The notes beneath the pieces are model-generated. The model was given only the letters and a program-made list of their open reading frames with translations, did not search any database and was not told the origin of the DNA. From NCBI GenBank assembly GCA_963822965.1, contig CAWGJT010000011.1, positions 32,001 to 96,000 of the forward strand: DNA of 64,000 bases, written 5' to 3'. Made by a program: the position numbers and the translations under genes. The DNA comes from an uncultured delta proteobacterium (GTDB taxonomy: Bacteria; Myxococcota_A; UBA9160; UBA4427). Shown in pieces: positions 59,282 to 64,000 of this stretch (position 1 is its first letter; each line of letters begins with the position of its first letter).

Positions 59282-59980
59282 TCAACTGGCTCGCTGACGC
59301 AAGAGCGAGATGCCGGTCAGCAGCGCCCACAGGGGCAACAAGATCAGGAACACCAGCTGGAACTGCTGGGCCACAGCCCAGATGCCCAGCACACCGAGCA
59401 CGAAGATCGATGCATAGCAGACCCCGACAGCCATCAGCAGGAGCCCGTATGGCCTGCCCGCACGCCGCATGGCACTGCCCATCACCAGTCCCCAGAACCC
59501 CATGACTGGACCCTCCATGATCCACAGTCCCTGCTGGGCACCCGACGCAAGGGCCAGCCAGGTGGCCTCGGTGCCGGCCTTGACCGCCGCGTCTCCGGCG
59601 GCATGCATCGCCGCCAGGGGTGACACCGACGCAAACAACAGGGCGTCACCGGCAATACCCATCACCGCGTAGGTGACGATGCAGAGCGCCGCCATGTCCA
59701 TCAGCGCGCCGTGCTCTTCGCGCATGACCGACCACAGGTAGCCGCCAATCACCAGGAACGGCAGGTAGAAGCCAAGTGTGTCCAGCACCAGCGACGCATG
59801 AAAGTAGTCGTGTGCACGCGCGGGCAGGCTGAGAAACACTGCGGGCTCATAGACCGCGGCGAGGTCGCCATTCACGGCGGCCATGTACACGCCGATCTCC
59901 GACCAGGCCAGCAGTGCGCCGATGATCGCCACCCAGCCGGCCAGGCGCCTTGGGGTGTCCGAACTCTGCATACCTGTCAT
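59282..59980 (-). CDS. Multi-pass membrane protein (DUF4386-like)
   Basis: About 6 TM segments, GGAG RBS, codon usage differs from the backbone. Confidence 0.65.
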   Translation of the reverse strand: MTGMQSSDTPRRLAGWVAIIGALLAWSEIGVYMAAVNGDLAAVYEPAVFLSLPARAHDYFHASLVLDTLGFYLPFLVIGGYLWSVMREEHGALMDMAALCIVTYAVMGIAGDALLFASVSPLAAMHAAGDAAVKAGTEATWLALASGAQQGLWIMEGPVMGFWGLVMGSAMRRAGRPYGLLLMAVGVCYASIFVLGVLGIWAVAQQFQLVFLILLPLWALLTGISLLRQRAS

Positions 59981-60094
59981 GGGTCTACTCCGTGGTTGCG
60001 GGTCCTACCCAGCATAGGTCCGGGAGGGCGCGATAGCGCACATCAAGTCGTCTGGAGCTTCCTCAGTCCTTGCCACATGAACGAGGCTGCCGTT

Positions 60095-60177
60095 CCCGCC
60101 GCGGCTCCCCGTAGGGGTTTGACATAACGGCCATACTCAGATGTCGAGCCAGAACGCAGCTTGAATGCCCTATCCCC
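60095..60177 (+). mobile_element. Mini-element B (83 bp): hairpin + dif-like core + oriIS-like end
   Basis: Starts CCCGCCGCGG (element A starts CCCGCTGCGG), hairpin CCCC-GTA-GGGG, core 60117-60144, end GCAGCTTGAATGCCCTATCCCC. Confidence 0.65.
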
Positions 60178-60233
60178 ACATCGCAACTCTTCCAATCCCG
60201 ATCGATCGGCAGTGCCTGGTCGCACTGAATACC

Positions 60234-61409
60234 CTACCCCCACTTCTCCTCGTGCAGCCTTCCCCACGAAACCAGCTTCGCAGCTGATCTGCGCTGACTC
60301 TCTTCACCGCCGTAGGCGATGACGACCTCGCACGGGCGTGACGGATCGTCGAGGTGGCCGCGCACGCGATTCGCACCTGCGAAGAGACTTGGCGAGGCGG
60401 TCTGCGCGGACTTGGCTTCCACCAACGTCAGCCGATCAGGATGCTCGATGACGAGGTCGGCCTCGGCTCCATCACGGTCGCGGTAGTACGAAAGACCTCC
60501 CGTCTCACCGCGGTTCACGCGATGCTTGGTGATCTCGGATACGACCCAACTCTCGAAGATCGCTCCACGAAGCGGATGAGAGCGAAGCTGCTCGGGTGTG
60601 CGGATGCCGAGCAGCCAACAGACGAGACCGCTGTCGTAAAAGTGGAGCTTCGGCATCTTGACCAGACGCTTGCGAAGATTCGAGCGAAACGTCGGCAGCC
60701 GAAATGCGATGAAGCTCGTCTCCAAAATACTGAGCCAGGCCTTCGCGCTCGGCTGCGAGATCCCGCAGTCGGCCGCCAACGAGGAGTAGTTGAGGAGCTG
60801 CGCAGTCCGGCCCGCACAAAGCTCGACGAAGCGCTGAAAGGTCACGAGGTCTCCGACATTGCTGATCGTGCGCACGTCGCGTTCGACGTAGGTGGCCACG
60901 TAGGAGCCCAGCCAGTCGCTCGGGTCGAGCTTCTGATCGAAGATGCGCGGATAGCCGCCGGCGATCAGCGTCTCCTCAAGGCGCCCCGGATGCCGCTTGA
61001 AGCGGATGACCTCGCTACGCGCGAGGGGAAGCAGGTGGAGCACCGCCGACCGGCCTGCGAGCGACTGACTCACCGATTCGAGCAGTGCGAGATTCTGCGA
61101 CCCGGTGAGAATCCAGCGGCCGGGCCTCGGGTCGGCGTCGATGATGCCTTGGAGGTAGGAGGGCAAGTCGGGCGCTCGTTGTACTTCGTCGATCACCGCG
61201 CCCTTCGGAAACTGGCTCAAGAAAGCGCGGGGGTCCTCGACAGCAAATCCTCGAACGTCCGGCGCTTCCAGGTTCACGTACGGGAGCGTCGGAAAGACGG
61301 TCTGACACAACGTCGACTTGCCACTCTGGCGCGGCCCCGTGAGGGTCACTGCCGGGAACTGACGGGCGGCCTTTCGCAGCCGAGGGGTGAGGTCGCGATC
61401 GATGGTCAT
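60234..61409 (-). CDS. AAA_14 ATPase + DUF4143 protein
   Basis: LTGPRQSGKST, IDEVQRAP, LTGS, YVATYVERDV, KMPKLHFYDSGL, EADLVIE...VEAK. Confidence 0.92.
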   Translation of the reverse strand: MTIDRDLTPRLRKAARQFPAVTLTGPRQSGKSTLCQTVFPTLPYVNLEAPDVRGFAVEDPRAFLSQFPKGAVIDEVQRAPDLPSYLQGIIDADPRPGRWILTGSQNLALLESVSQSLAGRSAVLHLLPLARSEVIRFKRHPGRLEETLIAGGYPRIFDQKLDPSDWLGSYVATYVERDVRTISNVGDLVTFQRFVELCAGRTAQLLNYSSLAADCGISQPSAKAWLSILETSFIAFRLPTFRSNLRKRLVKMPKLHFYDSGLVCWLLGIRTPEQLRSHPLRGAIFESWVVSEITKHRVNRGETGGLSYYRDRDGAEADLVIEHPDRLTLVEAKSAQTASPSLFAGANRVRGHLDDPSRPCEVVIAYGGEESQRRSAAKLVSWGRLHEEKWG

Positions 61410-61563
61410 TGCGAGAAGTCTATCGGCCTGTTTCGGCTAATTCAAATGGTGATTTTGTGATAGCCGTACCGTTCACTGTGACCAAATCGTGCCCGCATTC
61501 CTACGTATTCCCCCTCATTCCCTTTCGGAATCGCGTAACTATTTGGATCTCCTAGAGGTCCGT

Positions 61564-61613
61564 TCAGGCTTCGAACCTGAGGGTCGGGGGTTCGAATCCC
61601 TCCCGGCGTGCCA
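61564..61613 (+). tRNA. 3' fragment of tRNA-Arg(TCG), probable att-site remnant and not a full tRNA
   Basis: Anticodon arm TCAGG-CTTCGAA-CCTGA, T-arm GGGGG-TTCGAAT-CCCTC, 3' acceptor strand plus CCA. No D-arm or 5' acceptor strand upstream. Confidence 0.82.
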
Positions 61614-61630
61614 GTTTTTCTTCGGTCCAT

Positions 61631-62250
61631 TGGTCCATTCCGGACACATGGTTTACAGATTATTCCGGAGACATCGTTAACACATTCTCCGGTCCGAACG
61701 GGTTCGGAGCGGGCTCGACCCGTCCCTCGTCCCGATCGAAGAAGCCGAGGTCGTAGTCGAGGAAGCTGACGAGCCAGACCTCGTCGTCGATCTCCCGGAT
61801 CCCCACGATCTCGCCTGCGAACACCCGGCTGAGGTTGATCTTCCTCTTGCCAATGCAGATGCGTTCGGAGTGCGTGACACGGACCGACCGATCGTGGAAC
61901 GGGTACTCCGGCTCTCGCGGCTGTGCGTAGGCACGAGCCGAAGGTGTATAGACGTCCCCAGGGTAGGCACCGCCCAGGGCCTGGTGCGGTCGCTCGTCGT
62001 TGTATACCGCGATGAACCGATCGAAGCGTTCCTGCTGTTGCAGGAAGTTGAACGACGCGGGCTTCGTGGATTCCCTTTTGGGTGTTAGGTGCATGCGTTC
62101 GTGGCGTCCGTTCTGTTGCGGACAGCCCGGCTTGATGCGTTGGATCTGGATCCCGAGCTTGAGCCACCAGACCGCAAGCTTCGAGAGCCCGAACAACGCG
62201 TTGCCCGAAGCGAAGGGGACGCCGTTGTCGGTGCGGATGGCGCCCGGGAG
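61631..62250 (-). pseudogene. IS481-family transposase 3' fragment with its terminal repeats
   Basis: GLPGAIRTDNGVPFA, PQQNGRHERMH, YNDERPHQAL. Tandem end motifs TGTTAACGATGTCTCCGG / TGTAAACCATGTGTCCGG. The 5' part is replaced by element A2. Confidence 0.85.
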
Positions 62251-62346
62251 CCCGCTGCGGGGCCTGAACCCCTCAGGCCCCTGATTGACATAGCGTGAAG
62301 TTATCGGACCTCGAGCGCAAAACCGCGCTTGAAACGCCTATCCGCC
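62251..62346 (+). mobile_element. Mini-element A2 (96 bp, identical to A1)
   Basis: Exact copy of 56024-56119, sitting at the junction of two truncated genes. Confidence 0.7.
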
Positions 62347-63706
62347 CGACCACGATCCCCCCGACGTCGTTCGCCAGGTCGAACAGGATCTGCGTGCGCT
62401 CGCGGGCCTGGGCGTTCTCGAAGACGACGTCGTGATCGTTCGGGTCGTGTCCGATGTCGCGGAAGTGCTGCAGGACGGCCGCCTGGATCGGAATCTCCCG
62501 CAGCTCGGTGCCGAGCCGCCGGGCCAGGGCGTCGGCGGAGCCGCGCGTCCGATCCGTCGTGCCGAAGCCCGGCATGTTGACGGTGAGGATGTCCTCGGGA
62601 CCGCGGCCCAGGCGCTTCATCGCCTCGGCACAGACGAGCAGGGCCAGGGTCGAATCGAGCCCACCCGAGAGGCCGAGGACGGGACGCGCCCCGCCGAGCC
62701 GGCGCGCGAGCCCGGTGGCCTGGAGGCTCAGGATCTCGCGGGCGCGCTCGTCCACGCGCGCGGGGTCCGCGGGCACGAACGGCCGCGGGTCGACGGCGCG
62801 CTCCAGGGTCTCCAGCCGCGGGGCCGGTCCCAGACCGGTCACTGGGTAGGCCTCGCCGCGCGACTCACCGAAGGTCATGTTGCGCGAGCGCTCGTGGAGC
62901 AGCTTCTCGAGGTCGAGGTCGGCCAGGACCATCGATCCCTCGAGCCGCAGCCGCTCGCTCTCCGCGAGGAGCACGCCGTTCTCGGCGATCATCGCGTGCC
63001 CGCCGTAGACGAGGTCCTTCGTCGACTCGCTGGGACCCGACGAGACGTAGACGTAGCCGGCGTGGAGCCGGGCGGACTGCTGGCGGATGAGGTCGCGGCG
63101 GTAGTCGGCCTTCGTGACCCAGTCGTTGCTCGCAGACGGGTTCACGACGACGTTCGCGCCGGCCAGGGCATGCTGACACCTCGGCGGCACGGGCGCCCAC
63201 AGGTCTTCGCAGATCTCGACCGCGAAGACGAGCGGGCCGATCCGGAAGAGCTGGCGGGTCGTGAACGGGAACCCCTCCGCGAAGTCGATCGCGCCCGCTC
63301 CCGACGTGAACCAGCGCTTCTCGTAGTACTCCCCGTAGTTGACGAGGTGCGTCTTCGGCACGGCACCCTGAATGCGACCGCCGTGCAGGACGAATGCGGT
63401 GTTGTAGAGGCGGCCGTCCGGCGTCCGGTACGGGGCGCCGACGACCAGCGCGGGCAGCCCGGCGCTCGCGCGGGCCAGCCAGTCCAGGGCGCGGCGCGTC
63501 TCCGCCAGGAGCTCCGCCGACTGGAAGAGGTCCTCGCAGCTGTGGCCCGTGAGACCGAGCTCGGGAAAGACCACCAGCCCGGCGCCACGATCGCGGGCGC
63601 GCTCCGCCCACGCCAGCGTCGTCCTGGCGTTGGCCGCCGGATCACCGAGGGCCAGCGGCGGCGAGACCGCGGCCACGCGGTGGAACCCCAGAGCCGAGTA
63701 GTCCAT
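62347..63706 (-). pseudogene. nadE: Glutamine-dependent NAD+ synthetase, C-terminally truncated
   Basis: Nitrilase domain (VFPELG, VPK, EICEDLW) and synthetase GLSGGLDST, ENAQARERTQILF. Similarity ends at GGIVVG, where TGDLSE is expected, and the frame reads into element A2 to a stop at 62273. Confidence 0.88.
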
Positions 63707-63861
63707 GGGCGGGGAGTGTACGCCGCCATCTCCCGGCTCACGATCGCCGAGCGACGCCTCCACGACGCGGTCCCCGGGGCGGGTGGTCCGTCTCAAGTCC
63801 CGGAGCCGCCGATCCGAATCAGACCGTCGGAGCGCCGGGAGTCTCGCAGGGGGAGTGCAAG

Positions 63862-64000
63862 ATGGCCGCAAAAGCCTGCATCAAGGGCTCGATCGTGGCG
63901 GGGCACGCCGAGAACCTGAAGAAGTACCTGGCCGAGGCGCAGCCCTCCCAGCCGGTCCTCGACCAGGCCTTCCGGGCCGGCGAGATCGAGCTGCTCACGG
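63862..64000 (+). CDS. Hypothetical protein (3'-partial)
   Basis: GGGAG RBS, MAAKACIKGSIVAGHAENLKKY..., open to the window end. Confidence 0.55.
   Translation, partial: MAAKACIKGSIVAGHAENLKKYLAEAQPSQPVLDQAFRAGEIELLT

Noticed and set aside
61564..61613. Functional tRNA-Arg gene
   Set aside because: No D-arm or 5' acceptor strand.
56024..62346. Integron with attC/attI cassettes
   Set aside because: No intI in the window, the elements lack paired RYYYAAC...GTTRRRY boxes forming a full hairpin, and the intervening DNA includes gene fragments rather than whole cassettes. An attI-like GTT crossover in B/C cannot be fully excluded.
1..64000. Many Arg/Pro/Gly/Ala-rich overlapping ORFs in the six-frame track
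   Set aside because: Typical shadow ORFs of high-GC DNA with no motifs, overlapping well-supported genes.

Overview
High-GC bacterial chromosomal segment; gene content suggests a Myxococcota/deltaproteobacterial-type organism (inference). Bases 1-53,090 are mostly housekeeping backbone: class III aminotransferase, MocA-like protein, ECF sigma/anti-sigma pair, suhB-tatD-metG-holB, bactofilin, moaD-moaE fusion and moaB, RpoH-like sigma, pepA, tolQRAB-cpoB without pal, dksA-tsaD-rsmA, panBCD with a structured terminator-containing leader, smpB, a MoxR/DUF58 membrane cluster, PLD-VTT, a PEP-CTERM cyclophilin, a sigma54-type stress operon and the tmRNA gene. After the tmRNA 3' end (53,089-62,350) lies a mosaic accessory region with no integrase. 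It holds an AraC/GST/HD trio, a complete IS21 with a 6-bp target duplication, an AAA/DUF4143 ATPase, a tRNA-Arg 3' fragment, an IS481 fragment and a truncated nadE. The most striking signal is four small, co-oriented non-coding elements (two identical 96-bp copies plus two related copies) that punctuate this mosaic. Each combines an IS91/ISCR oriIS-like end with a XerC/XerD dif-like core, three also carry a hairpin end, and genes are cut exactly at several of their borders. This is a candidate undescribed non-autonomous gene-capture system. Several backbone genes carry single-base frameshifts that are probably sequencing errors. All family assignments come from motif recognition by eye, not database searches.
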